Shown here piece by piece: positions 46,811 through 59,670 of a DNA stretch of 64,000 nt. This DNA is from Ginglymostoma cirratum. Lineage: Eukaryota. The notes under the pieces were generated by a model. That model did no database searches. It was not told where the DNA came from and saw only the letters and a program-made list of their open reading frames with translations. The translations under genes were made by a program, and so were the position numbers. Within the stretch, counting starts at the first letter, position 1. Each line of letters begins with the position of its first letter. The DNA lies in NCBI GenBank assembly GCA_024137785.1, contig JAHRHZ010000075.1, forward strand, positions 1,029,210-1,093,209. Reading direction: 5' to 3'.

Positions 46811-49149
46811 TACTTCCTTGTGCCTTAACTTGTCAGTCTTCCTTCTAGACTGACTTGTTTTCTTTCTAAACTTGCTCTTTCGTCTCAATTTCCTAAATAC
46901 ATTTTACTGAGGCATGTTGTTTTTGAAGAGAAAATCCTCTAAAACCCTAAGCTTATTTTCGACTAATCCATTTCAATTACATTTGAGATGTATGATATCA
47001 TGTTCAAAATACAAATCAAATTCAAAAATGTTTTCAAACATGCTGTACCAATGATTAGATGATTTGCACTGATTGCTAATGCTGTCTTTGTTACACCATC
47101 AAAACAACTGATTGACCAAACATACACGTAGGCTAAGACTTATACATTTCTTGAGTGAACGCTATGCTTACGCGCAGAAGTAAAAGGTAAACCACATGCT
47201 TTTATTAAAGAAATACCTTGGTAAAGGAATCAGGAAATAAAACAATGCATGGTACTGTTGAGTGAGACTGCTGAAGAGCATCCTGTCACTTCAAGCACCA
47301 CTTCAGTTCCTTCCTGCTCTCAAAGATAAACCATCAGTGAAGATTTTACTCAGTCCTATTCTACTCTGACTCTTCAATCTATCTTGAGATTATCCTCTCT
47401 CAGGGAAAGGTATCCCTCTGAGACATTGGGTATCTACTATTTGACCTCTATTTTCTACAAAGTTATTTTTCAGACATATTGATGTGTTCTCACTTGTTGG
47501 GAATACAGAGAAAATTTGAATATGCACCTTATAAAACATATTTTAACGAAATAAATCATACTATCAAAAAAACTAAACAAATCTGCTGAACAGTTTCAGA
47601 GTGCAGCTAGGTTCATCCATGGTTTAAAACCCTGCCAAGAAGTCATAAACCAAACCTCCTGCAATCATTGGCCTGACTATACAAAATTGTGTGATGGCTC
47701 AAATGTGCTCCCCTGCAATGGAATGACATGGTTGCAGTCTTATACATGCACACTTATCTTGCAGTAGCCCAGATTGCCAGAGACATGAATGAGGGGCAGG
47801 AATCCTGGAGTGTCTAACATTATTGATTCTTTGAGCTACTTCCTCCTCCATCCCTAGCCTTATAGATGAGCCACCTTAAAGCTGGGAATTTGAATTGGGC
47901 TGTATTACTGGTGAAGGCTGTCTGAGTATGGTCACAGCTATTTCCCATTTTCCTTTATGATTTAGATAAGGATGGAAGAAAATGCAGGGGGCTCTTGGGA
48001 GAGTTAATTGCAGGCTCAGACTGATAAATCAGGGAAACTGAGCCCCAGTGTTCTTTTCTTTTATACGCTCCCCGGTGACCAGATCAGTTTTGAGCTTCCA
48101 CACATTTGTGTCATACTGTTTCATTTATGTATTCATCTCCCAACATTACCCCCTGAGATCTAGCCAAAACAACTATCATGCTGCACTGTCTGTTACTCCA
48201 TCAAAGTCAGAGTAGTGGTGACCATCAATAACCACCCATCCCTTAGTAATCCATGTTCTCCAATTCACTATCTCCTAACCTTATATGTTGAGTTCCTCCA
48301 CTCCCTCTTCACAATTATTGTCCCTTGGCATCCCAGCACTCTACCTCTAATTCCCAGAATTGACTTCTACAACTTTTCTACCACATCAGTGGCCCCTGAT
48401 TACCCCTTGACATTCATTGAACAGATCTCCTGGACTGACCATTGTCTATCTCCTTGACCGACTTTGAAGGCTAACCCTGACTGATGGGTGACCACATCCT
48501 AGCTGATCTCTGACTGATTTACCACCAATACCTGAACTGATGACACCGGACCTGCAGCACTGACAGTGGTTCACTCCCTAGACTGCAGTGATACGGATCC
48601 CCTGATTCTGACCATTCCAAGGAGCCGAGTGAGATTGGACGCTGCCTTTGACTGAATGTGGTGATATCCCCTGACTGCCAACAGTCCTCTTTGACTTGAC
48701 AGAGGACTATTTCCCTTAGACTTTGAAACATAGCCATTTGACTGAAGCACGTGCCGTGTGCTTGCTGTGTATGCGATTGTTGACATGTGCTGTAGGTGTG
48801 ACATTGGTGTAGCTCAATGACATACAGCAACATGTCCACCTCTTTGACGGCTTGCTGCTTGTGAACATGATCAGATCCCTGGCTTTGTGCCTGCACTAAA
48901 TAGTAAGACAAGACAGAAGTGCTATGAGACTTTAAGCTCTGCATGAGTTGGTAATGCATAAAAAGGAAAGGCAACACAATGATGCAGTGAGCATCCAAAT
49001 AAACACAAAGTGAGAAAAAGAAGTCAAGGTCTCAGGATGTGTGGTGTGCTATTCTAGACTGCTATGAAGAGAATTTTTTTTCATGAACCATCTTAAATTT
49101 GGTCAGGTATCAGGGACGGGGTGGGGGGTGGGGGCTGATTACCAGCTAG

Positions 49150-52100
49150 GCAGGTAAGAGGTAAACAGAGGGCAGTGATGAAGGAGCCTGAACCCTTGAG
49201 CTTGTCTAACAGGTTTGAGATTTTTGCTGTTCTGAGGAAGAGTCACTGGACATGAAACATTAACTGATTTTTTTCTTCACAGATGCTGCCAGACTTGCTG
49301 AGCTTTTCCAGCAACTTCTGTTTTTGTTCCTGATTTACAGCATCTGCAGTTCTTCCAGTTGAGATTTTTGCTCCCATGTGGATAAGAGTGGGGGCTGGAG
49401 GGAGGGTGAGCAAACTGCTCATGGCACCATGGTACAAGGAGCCAGTAAAGATGGGGGAAAAATAGAAATGTAGTCATAATTAGGCATAGTATAGTCGGGG
49501 AAATAGACATGGACCAAGAGTCCAGGACGCTGCATTACCTGCCTGGTGCCTGGGTTCAGATGTCTCATCTGGGCTCCAGAGGAACTTGGAATGGGAGCAG
49601 AAGAGCCCAGTTGTTGTGGTCCACATGGATACTAATGATATAGTTAGAAAAGGATAGAGATTCTGCTAAAGGAATATGAGCAGGTAGGGGCCAAATTAAA
49701 AAGCAGATTGAAAAACAATAATCTCTGGATCACAACTGAGCCACGAGCAAATTGACGCAGGATCAACAAGATTGAAGAGGTAAATGCATGGCTTGTTGAT
49801 TGGTGTAACAGAAATGGGCTCAAGTTCATGGACATTGGCAACTAGTTCTGGGGAAGGAGGGAAATGTTCTGATGGGATGTGCTCCATTTGAATCGTGCTG
49901 GAACCAGAGACCTTATAAATTGCGGAACTAGGGCTGTGGGTTCAGCTACATGGAAAACTATGGAAAATGTTAAAAGTGTGGGGTTGGGATTAGCAGAGGC
50001 TATTAACGTTTCCTGAGCCAGTACTAGAACCAAACTGTGGAAGGTGTCAGGAATCAATTTTGGGTTAGTTTTTAGGGGAACAACCATGAGAAAGGGAACA
50101 GTCAATGCAGGACTGTGTAGGGCGTTGTACTTAAATACATCCAGTACATGAAACAAGGCAAATGAGTTTGTAGCACAGACTGAAATTGGCAGGTTCCATG
50201 TTGTGGTATCACAGAGATATGGCTGCAGGAGGACCAGGACTGGGAACTAAATATCCAAGGATACACACTCTATTGAAAGGACAGGTAGATGGGCAGAGAG
50301 GTAGAGTTGCCTTGTTAGTAAGGAATGAAATTAACTCGATGTCAAGAAGTAATATAAAGTTGAAATGTGTGTGGGTACAGATGAGAAACTGCAAAGGAAA
50401 ATCATCCCTGATGGAGTTGCATACAGGCCTCCCAGCAGTAGTTAGGACATGGGGAAGAAAATAAATCAGAAGATAGAAAACACATGTGAGAAGGGCACTA
50501 TTGCAATAATCACAGGGGACTTCAATATGCAGGTGGACTGGGAAAATCAGGTTGTTAGCAGATCCCAAGAAAAAGAACTCATGCAATGTGTATGAGATTT
50601 CTTTTTGAATATTTTGTGGTAGAGCCCACCAGAGAACAGGCTATTCTTGATTTGCTGATGTGTAATGTTGCAGACTTGATTAGGGAGCTTAAGGTGAAGG
50701 AACTCCTAAGGAAGCAGTGACCATAATATGTTAGAAATCACCCTGCAGTTTGAGAGGAAGAAGCTGGAATCAGATGTAGTGCTATTACGATTGAGAAAAG
50801 GTAACAATAAAGATATGAGGGAGGAGCTGGCCACAGTTGATTGAAAGGGGAGACTGGGAAGATGGTAGAACAGCAATGGCAGGAGTTTTGGGGGGAGTGT
50901 GGTAATTAGAGACACTGCAGAAATTCATTTCAAGGAAGAAGGAACATACTAAGGGGAGGACAGCGTAGCCATGGCTGACGAGGTAAGTCTGGGACAGCAT
51001 AAAAGCGAAAGACAAAGGATACAAAGTAGTCAAGATAAATGGAAAGCTAGAGGATTAGAAAGCCTGTAAAAACTAGCAGGGGATAACTAAAACAGCAATA
51101 CGTGGGGAGAAGATGAAATGTGAGAGTAAGCTAGCTAGTAGTATCAAATAAGATTGCGAGATTTTCTTTAGATTATATAAAAGGTAAGATGGAGACAAGT
51201 ATGGACATTGGGCCATTGGAAAATGAGGTTGGAGAAGTAGTAATAGGGAACAGAGAAACGGCAGAGGAACTGAATAAGTACTTTGCATCAGTCTTTGTGG
51301 TGGAAGACACCAGCAGCATACAAGAACTCCAAGGGGGTCGGGGCTGAGGTGAATGTCGTGGCCATCACTAAGGAGAAGCTGTTGAGGAAGCTGAAGGGTC
51401 TGAAGGTGTATAGATCACCTTAACCGGACAAATTAAACCTAAGAGTTCTGCAGGAGATTTTTGAGGGGTTTAGAGAGACATTGGTCGTTATCTTTCAGGA
51501 ATCACCGGAGTCGAGGAATATTCCAGAGGACTGGAAAATAGTCAATGTACCACCCCTGTTTAAGAAGGGAAGGAGGTAGAAAATGGAAAAGTACATGCTG
51601 GTTAGCCTGACCTCAGTCACTGGTACGATTTTAGAGTTCATTACTAAGAATGAGATTTGGTGAATACTTGGAAGTGCATGATAAAATACTATTGAGTCAA
51701 CACAGCTTTGCTGGGGGGATGTCATGCCTGACAAAGCTGTTAGAATTCTTTGAGGAGGTAATGAGCAAGAGCCAGTGAATGTGATCAATTTGGATTTCCA
51801 GAAGACTTTGACAAGGAGGCACACTGGAGGCTGCTAAATAAGGTAAGAGCACGTGTGTTAGGGGTAGTGTGCTGGCATGGAGAGATGAGTGGCTGAATGG
51901 CAGAAGGCAGAGAGTGGAGCTAAAGGGAATCTTTTTCAGGATGACAGCTGGTGACTCATGGAGCTCTGCAGTGATCCACATTGGGACCACAACTCTTTAT
52001 GTTATACATTGACGATCTGGAGGAAAGAACTGAGGGCATGATTACTAACTTTGCAGATGACACAGGATTAGGTGGAGGGTCAGGTAGTTTTGAAGAGGTG

Positions 52101-52965
52101 GGGCAGCTGCAGAAGTACTTGGACAGAGTGGGCAAAGAAATGGCATATGTAATATAATGCAGGAAAGTGTGAGGTTCTGCACTTTGGTAGGGAGAACAGA
52201 GACAGGCTATGTTCTAAACAGGGAAAGGATTCAGAAATCTGAAGTACAAAGGGACTTGAGAGTTCTAGTTCAGGATTCTTTTCAGTTTAACATTCAGATT
52301 CAGTTGGCAGTTAGGAAAGCAAATGCTTTGTTAGCATTCAATTCAAGAGGACTAGAATGCAAAAGTAGAGATGCATTGCTGAGCTTGTATAGGAACTCTG
52401 GTCAGAATACACTTGGAATATTATGAGAAGTTTTGGGCCATATATCTAAGGAAGGATGTGTTAGTGTTAAGGGCCAGTCCAGAGGAGATTTACAAGAATG
52501 ATCCCAGGGATGAAGGGCTTGTCATATGAGGCACAGTTGATGACTCTGGGTCTGTACTCCATGGAGTTTAGAAGAATGAGGGGAAATCTGATTGAAACTT
52601 ACAGAACACTGAGACACCTGGATAGAGTAGACGTGAAGAAGATGTTCCCACTAATAGGAGAGACTAGAGTCTGGGGGCACAACCTCAGAATGACGGGACG
52701 ATCCTTTAGAGCTGAGATGAGGAGGAATTTCTTCAACCAGAGGGTAGTTAATCTGTGGAACTCATTGCCACAGAAGGTTGGGTGGCCAAGTCATTCAGTG
52801 TATTTAAGACAGAGATGGGTAAGTTCTTGGTTGATAAAGCTATCAAGTGTTACAGCGAGAAGGCAGGAGGATGGGGAAGTATATCAGCTATGATTGAATG
52901 GCAGAGCAGACTCAGTGGGCCCAGTGGCCTAATTCTGCTCCAATATCATATGGTCTTATGGTCTT
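49150..52965 (+). mobile_element. Long decayed CR1 LINE: ORF1 SGNH/esterase part plus ORF2 APE endonuclease and RT
   Basis: ORF1-type LSNRFE, LPGA and VVVHMDTNDI. ORF2-type ALYLNT, GDFNMQVDW, GSSDHNM, YFASVF, FADDT and RNFFNQRVVNLWNSLPQ. Many stops and frameshifts. (TATGGTCT)n tail near 52950. Confidence 0.93.
49229..49358 (+). mobile_element. Penelope-derived repeat, subfamily A, inserted in CR1 ORF1
   Basis: 14-bp TSD TTGAGATTTTTGCT at 49215-49228 and 49359-49372. Starts GTT CTGAGGA AGAGTC ACTG GACAT GAAAC ATT AACT. Confidence 0.9.
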
Positions 52966-52969
52966 ACGG

Positions 52970-53215
52970 TCACTCAGAGGTTTGTGAACTTTTGGAAATC
53001 TAATGGAATTCTCTACCATAGAAAGCTGTTAAGGCCAAGTCACTGGATATATTTAAGAAAGAATTTGATAGATATCTAAAGGCTAAAAGTGTCAAAGAAC
53101 ATGGTGTGAGCGTAGGACTCTGGCATTGAGATTGATGCTCAGCTGTGATCATCTTGAATAGTGGATCGAACCTGATAGGCCAAATGGTAACTTTTGCTCC
53201 TAATTTTCATTTTTC
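52970..53215 (+). mobile_element. Second CR1 3' end fragment
   Basis: tggaattctctacca...atttaagaaagaatttgataga...ggccaaatgg...tgctcct. Confidence 0.7.
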
Positions 53216-54094
53216 TATCACTTCTCTCTTTCTTGAAGGGTGCTTTTGCAATTCTTCGGCCTTTGGGCATTATGCCTATTTTCAATGAGCATTGAAATGT
53301 TGTATCCAAAGACTCAAATTTATAATCTTGCTTTCATCAGCAACTTAACAAGGTTATATTCTTGGCTGAAGAGTTATACCAACTTTCAGGCTACCTTTCA
53401 CATTATGTCTATATTTTGTCTTATTTTACTGTAAACATCACATCATCCATTTCATTTGAGAAGGCAGATGCAAAGGATTTATTTATTACTTTAGCCACAT
53501 TCCCTGTCTTCACATTTGGACATGGGAACTTCTAATGAAAATATTAAGAAAACAGGTAAAATGTATAATTTTATGAACAGTACTGTTTTACAATTGTGGA
53601 GCGTGCACCCTGGCCTCTAACTTTGCTTCATGGGAAGACTACAATTGATATTACTTCCATGCATGCAATGCCAAAGAAGATCAGTGGACAGGTATATAAA
53701 GGGAAAACAAAATGTGTTTCAGAACAGAAACTTGCAGCACACTGTTACCATCAATGAAGCATCAACTCACCATCCACTGTCCTTTGCTTTCTGTTACCTG
53801 GCCCACACACTGTTCCTTTTAATATCACATGCCTTAATTATCGATGAAGACATCTTTAAAGAAGGACAATTTTAAACAGCATAAGAAAGAAGGTAAAATA
53901 AATTAAGAAGTAGTAGCTGGACACTGCCTAGTTTAGATTTTAGAAGTGTCAGGATCAAGAAGAGAAGAAGTTAAGAAATTATACAATTTTAAAGCACTAA
54001 GAAACGAGAAGTCAGAAAAGAAGGTTCTGCAAATATTCCAAGTAGACAGTGCTGGAAGAGTTTGTCAGGGTGATGCATTGGCACCTTACCTTCA

Positions 54095-54955
54095 ACTACT
54101 CCATCATTGACTCTCCCACCAGTAGAAGGCCAGATATAGTCTATGTCTCCATGTAATAAGACCTGAACAACATTCAGGCTTGCATGACAAGTGACAAGGG
54201 CCAGTTGTGCCGCATAAGTGTCAAGCTTTTCCAACAAGCCAGAATCTGTACATGTGCATTTGATGTTCATCATTATCACCTGAACCTCCCACTGTCAACA
54301 ACCTGAGGGTTATCATTGATTAGAAATCTAACTGTACCAGCCATATAAATACTATGGCTACAAGAACAGGTCAGAGGGGGAAAATCCTGCAGCCAGTAAT
54401 TCACCTGCTGACTCCCAAAAATCTGTCCACCATCTAAAAGGCAGAAGTGAGGAGTGTGACGGAGCACTCTCTACTCACTTAGTAAGTACAGGTCTAACAA
54501 CACTCAAGAAAACCATCCTGGACAAAGCAGCTTGCTTGATCAGCACCTCATTCACCACAATAAATATTCAGTTTCTTCATCACTGGTGCATAGTGGCAGC
54601 TTTGCGTACCAAATAAATGATGCACTGCAGCAACTTTTCAAGAAGCCCTCTCAGATCTTTCCATTCCTAGGAACTCTTCCAGCTAAAAGGATAAGGTTGA
54701 TATACGCATCAGAATATCATTAACTACAAGTTCTGTTTTGCACTCCATTCTGGGACTATATTGCCATCTCTTTACTATGGTGGGTCAAAATCCTGGAAGT
54801 TTCCCCCTAACTGTACTGGGGATGGGATGTTCTCACACCACATGGACTGCAGTGATTCAGGAAGGCAGCTTATCACCACCTTCATCAGGAAAAATAGGAA
54901 TGGACAATAAATGCTGACTTTGACAGTAGTTCTCGTAGCTTGTAACCAAACGAAA
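54095..54955 (+). mobile_element. LINE 3' remnant (same family as 32685 and ~62380-62765)
   Basis: tggctacaagaacaggtcagagg...cacctgctgactcccaaa...caggaaggcagcttatcaccacc...ggacaataaatgctg. Confidence 0.7.
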
Positions 54956-57900
54956 GAAACGTTCTCAGGTTTGTATAGCTCATTAACACATCAGTAAAAT
55001 ATTTATGTATTACGCCATCAGGGTATTCTAAAGCCATTTTCTATCAATGGGCTTTGCATCTGTACTATCTGTGGTGTATAAGTGACTTCAACATCCTCGG
55101 ACAACCAGTAACCTCTGTCAATTTCCTTTAGCTCCCTCATTTAATGACAGCCATTCCAATGTGCAATATCATCAATAATTCCAGTTTCACGAAGATAGCG
55201 AGGTAAGTAAATTTCAAATAATTTAATGAATAGTTTCAATTTTAATCCTTGCCAACGACAAGAATATGTTATGCAATGATTATAACAGAATCAGTGTGAC
55301 ATTCACCAGAACAATGCTGCAAATGAGTCTTGTACCATTTTCATAGGTTGGACAGAACATGTGGCGTCCATTTCAGGCAGGTGAAGGCCACGTTGAGGTT
55401 CAACATTTGGATCCTAGTTAATCATTCAGCCAGTAATGTTTTTATGAATTCATATTGCAAGGTCAGTGCCTCACCAAAAAAAAATCCTCCAACTGTGTGG
55501 AACATGCTCAGTTGGTCAGGAAATAACTTTTATTTTACTAAAGTTCCTTGTCAGTTCAAAGGAAAGGGATTGTCCCTATGCCCCATGAGGAAACATTGAG
55601 TCTCTGTTGTTGCCTTTCCTCTAAGTCTCCCATAGTGATTCCTACTGGTACCACTTTAATAGCCCCGATCCATTTATTCAGAGATTGTTGTCGTGGGACA
55701 AAGTGCTGTGGCTTCCCACTAAATTCACCTGATGTTTGCTTGCTAGCAGATTTTGAGTGGGAATCAGCTTTATTGTGTTGAAATGGACTTAAGTTAAAAA
55801 ATACATTTAAACCACATGTCAGTAAGCCACGTGAGCTTGGTTTTGACTCTCCTGCTCACACGTACCATGTTAAAATTGTGGTTAATAACTAGTTTTTATA
55901 TAACTTTATATAAAGGTGTGTATTTTTCAAGGCTGACAATTCCAATGAAATAAGAAATACCAGGAAACAAATTAAAAATGCAAAGTAAACAAAGCAGGTT
56001 AAGAATAGTAAATACTGGTGACACAACCAGTTAATATGCCATAGACCAGTTGAGCTTTACTAAATGTCATGTTACTAACCACAGCCAGAGTTGTCTGTGA
56101 AACCTGCATGGAAACCAGGAAGGGAAAATCAATATATGTTTACATCCATTCTAGTCACTGATGTGACATTATTGTGACATGTTGCCTTGTCCATACTGTA
56201 CTTTGGTTAATGGTGGGAGTATTGTTTCAGGATTTTACTCAGGGAAATGCTTGAAAAAAAGGCAAAAAAAAATTGCTGGAATTTTGGCAATGCTGTATTT
56301 CTGTATCAGGTTAAGGCTATGTAAACATTTGGCTCAAATTCATTTTTGAGTCAGTGCCAAAGAATGCATCATGTACATTGCTTTCATTATTAATGTGAGC
56401 TAGATATGTTTTGACTGAATTAACTTGTCTTTGTGTGAATGCAGTTAATGTCGATATCGGAGATTTGAAGTAATTCAAGTTTGCTGTTCTATAGGGAACA
56501 TCAACAATGATTAATGTAGAACTGAGCCAGATAGTCTAGAAATTCCAAGTCAAATCTGATCTGGGTTGAGCTAGCTAGCTGATCTCGGCTGACGTAGTGG
56601 TAGGGGTGCTGCAGAAATTCAAACATCAGATAGGATTTCCACTCCTTACTGTTATCCGGTGACTCTTGCTCTTGTTGGTGTTGGACAAGGAAAGGGTTTC
56701 ATTTGGATTTGGTGTTCCCATGTTTCAACGGTTAGCTATCAGTTGCTGTCCAAGTTTACACATAGGAAATGCTATTTAGATGAGGTAAGAGCAGTCTACT
56801 GAGGTATTAGCAAGCTACTGATAGTTGTGCTACTGCAAAATAAAGTTCAAATGGAGATAACTGTAGTACGCTAGATGAGGGATTTCACAAGATTGATGAA
56901 AGTAATTCCTAAAAACAGTAAAAAAAAAGCTGTAGAAATTGTGCTGCAGCACTGTTGGACAAGTTCCAGAATTCCTACCCATCTGAAGTGTGCTGCCTTT
57001 ATTGTTGTCCAGCTGATGAGCTGTGATCAATGGCAAAATGACTGTTGGATTGCTCCAGACAGATTGACCCAGATCTCAGATTGAATAGATTCAGCATTCA
57101 AGACCTTTCCATTCACCAGACAGTGCATTTGATGACCTCGGACAAGATATCAAAAGTATGTGGAATCCTTGACAACTGATACCTGCCTCAAAGTCTGTCA
57201 TGCTTCCTGCTGAATCTACCAAAGGGACGCTCTGTTGAGTTGAGTGAATTGGTGGATTTGGGGACGATCGGAGTTTGAACAAGACACCTAATGCACTTTA
57301 TACAGCTTAGATGTTTTACTTATTCACAGAATACAAAGCTGACACTTACAACTACCACAGTTTCACAAGCTTAATATAGTTCTGGGCTGATTCAGGAGGC
57401 AAGTTGAACTATTCTGGATGAAAGAGTCTGATTAGCTTTCTGTGTGGGAGTGGAAGTCGACACGGCAATGATGCTGTGTTGTGGTTTCCATGTCATTACA
57501 TTTTTTGCTTGCAGGTAAGAAAATAGCCTTTTTAAAGCAGTTGGTCAGTTGATTGAAGGACATGATATTTAGCAGTGGATGACCTGTATTTGAACTTCAG
57601 CTCAGTGAAAGGCACTCTCAGCTGTGGAAATCAAGCAGCACGAGCGAAATGTCTTTCAGCTCAGTACAAAAGCTAAATAAGGACTGCATGGAAGAGTGAA
57701 AAGAAAAAATCACCGCTCTTTGTGATGGATCCATTCTGTTAGTTTGGTGTGTCTCACAGCAGAAGAGGGCATGTAAGCGAGGGAGATGGAGTCTGTCACG
57801 GATGATTGGTGTCAGTAAACAAAATTCTCCTCAGTTGTTCACTAGAATTGCTTGGTTTCTTTGCATGTCTCACTGAATTGGTTTCTGTTATTTGCTGCTT

Positions 57901-59160
57901 GACTGGTTGACTCTTACCAGACCGAAGGATAAGACCAAAAGCCAACCTTTCCGAGCCCACCGTACAAACTGGATAGCTGACCCTTGACTCCCACCCATTA
58001 GCCCAGGTGCTGGTGATTTTTAGCCTTTTAATCCTCCATATTCTTGCTGATACAGTCTTCTGTCTAATTAACTCAGCCTGCTCTACAATCTTCAATGTTT
58101 ACTGTACTTCAAACCTACTATTTTGAAGTACTATACCTAAGCATTAGAGGCACTAATTAAAAATGGTGCTCATACCTAAATTTGACCCCTGGATATTGTT
58201 GGCAGGTAACACATGCCAGTACGCTTTTTAAGAGTTCGACAATAACAAATCTTTCACATGATGAATTGATGGTGGTTCTTTGTACAAATGATGCAAATGA
58301 ATAGATTGTTATTATTTGAATGATGTGAGGTTATTAAAAAAAAGAAAGTGGAAGACCTAAGTGGAAAATAAGCAAAAATTGTCGATTTAGTTGGAAATTG
58401 TTTCAGCATAATCTTGATTGTTCATGTTCATTTAAATAATCTTCCTGAATATAATATTTAAATGTGAAATTGTTATTTAACTTAGAGGTATATTCCTTTG
58501 ATGAAGAAAAACATTCAATCTACTGGCCTGAACAATCCACAACAGTCTTTATATATGCTGTAAGTTATAAATAAGTCGAGGCAAGTCTATGTTTCTCCCA
58601 ACATGTCGAAACATAACCTTAACTACCCTTGTGGTAATTACAGGCTCACTGCTGTCCAGAGTTTGCTTAAAATTCAATATGCTCATTTCAAAATACATTT
58701 TTCATTCACATTAACATGAAAAAGCCTTGCTTACATGATATAGATATTTTTAACTCCGTTCTTTTTTATTTCATTTATTCCACTGAACTGTTCCAGTTTT
58801 TTTTATCAGATCAAAATGATAAAAATGATAAAGAGCTTGAGGTGAAACTATTTGATTTAGTCCTTTATCAGGCACAGAGATTTCCACGCAGGACAGTTAA
58901 CCCAAAGCAGGTCCCATTGAGGCAGGTAGTATACAAACCTCATGCTACAAGGTACTGCTAATTGGCTACATGTTTGCAGGATACCTTGCTCTCTGCACAG
59001 TAAGCACAGCACTCAGCTAGCTTGTACTTCTTAAACAGCAGCCTGCTCCTCATAAAGAAGAGGAGCATTCAGACTCCAGCTATCTGTAGAATATTCTCAG
59101 GAAAGCTTTGTTAGAAAGTAGAAGACTGCCAGTGGAGCAACAGGTCTTTCTACAAAATGG

Positions 59161-59670
59161 GTTCCCAGGTCCTCAGATGAAGAGCTGGAGGCATCAGTAC
59201 AAGATGTTGAGTGTGGACAGAGGCACAACACTTTCAAGATACACCCTGTATACAGATGGAAATTAGTGGCCTTGGAGGTCAACTCCTGGAGTGTGGCCCA
59301 AGGATCTGGATGCAGCGCTGACAACTAGGTTCAATGACGCCATGCAAATAGTCATGGTTTGTGAATGCGCTTTTGAATGGTAACCAACACATCACCAATC
59401 TCACACACTGGCCAATGAACTAATGCCCCTTAATGTATCCATCAGCAATTAGGATCCATGTCTAACAGTCAGATGCACTTCTTCACTCTCACACACTTAT
59501 GAGAGCAGTAAGCCTCACATCAACATCTTGCAGCTTTCACATTCATCCAACTATTCAGCTATGGTGGGCACATTTTCCCCTTAAATTGCAACACAGTCAT
59601 TGATGCTCTTTCTTTGTCTTGCAGAGCAAAGATTTATATAATCACAACAAGAAACAGAGAACAAGCCTTT
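59161..59670 (+). pseudogene. Harbinger Myb/SANT-like DNA-binding gene remnant
   Basis: VPRSSDEELEASVQDVE...RWKLVALEVNSWSVA/PRIWMQR*/RFNDAMQIV resembles the Myb_DNA-bind_5 pattern PRFS..ELE.LV..V/W..VA..VN....R.W.QC.KRFND. Intron-like gt at 59357 and acceptor tcttgcag at 59624. Confidence 0.7.

Noticed and set aside
48519-48998. 159-aa minus ORF, possibly a third Harbinger fragment (SGDITTFSQ)
   Set aside because: Only one weak motif resemblance; no IDCT, NRKG or GDxGY motifs were found nearby.
55195-55212. Perfect splice donor GAG|GTAAGT
   Set aside because: No associated acceptor or open exon with recognisable product. A similar isolated CAG|GTAAGA near 57510 was also dismissed.
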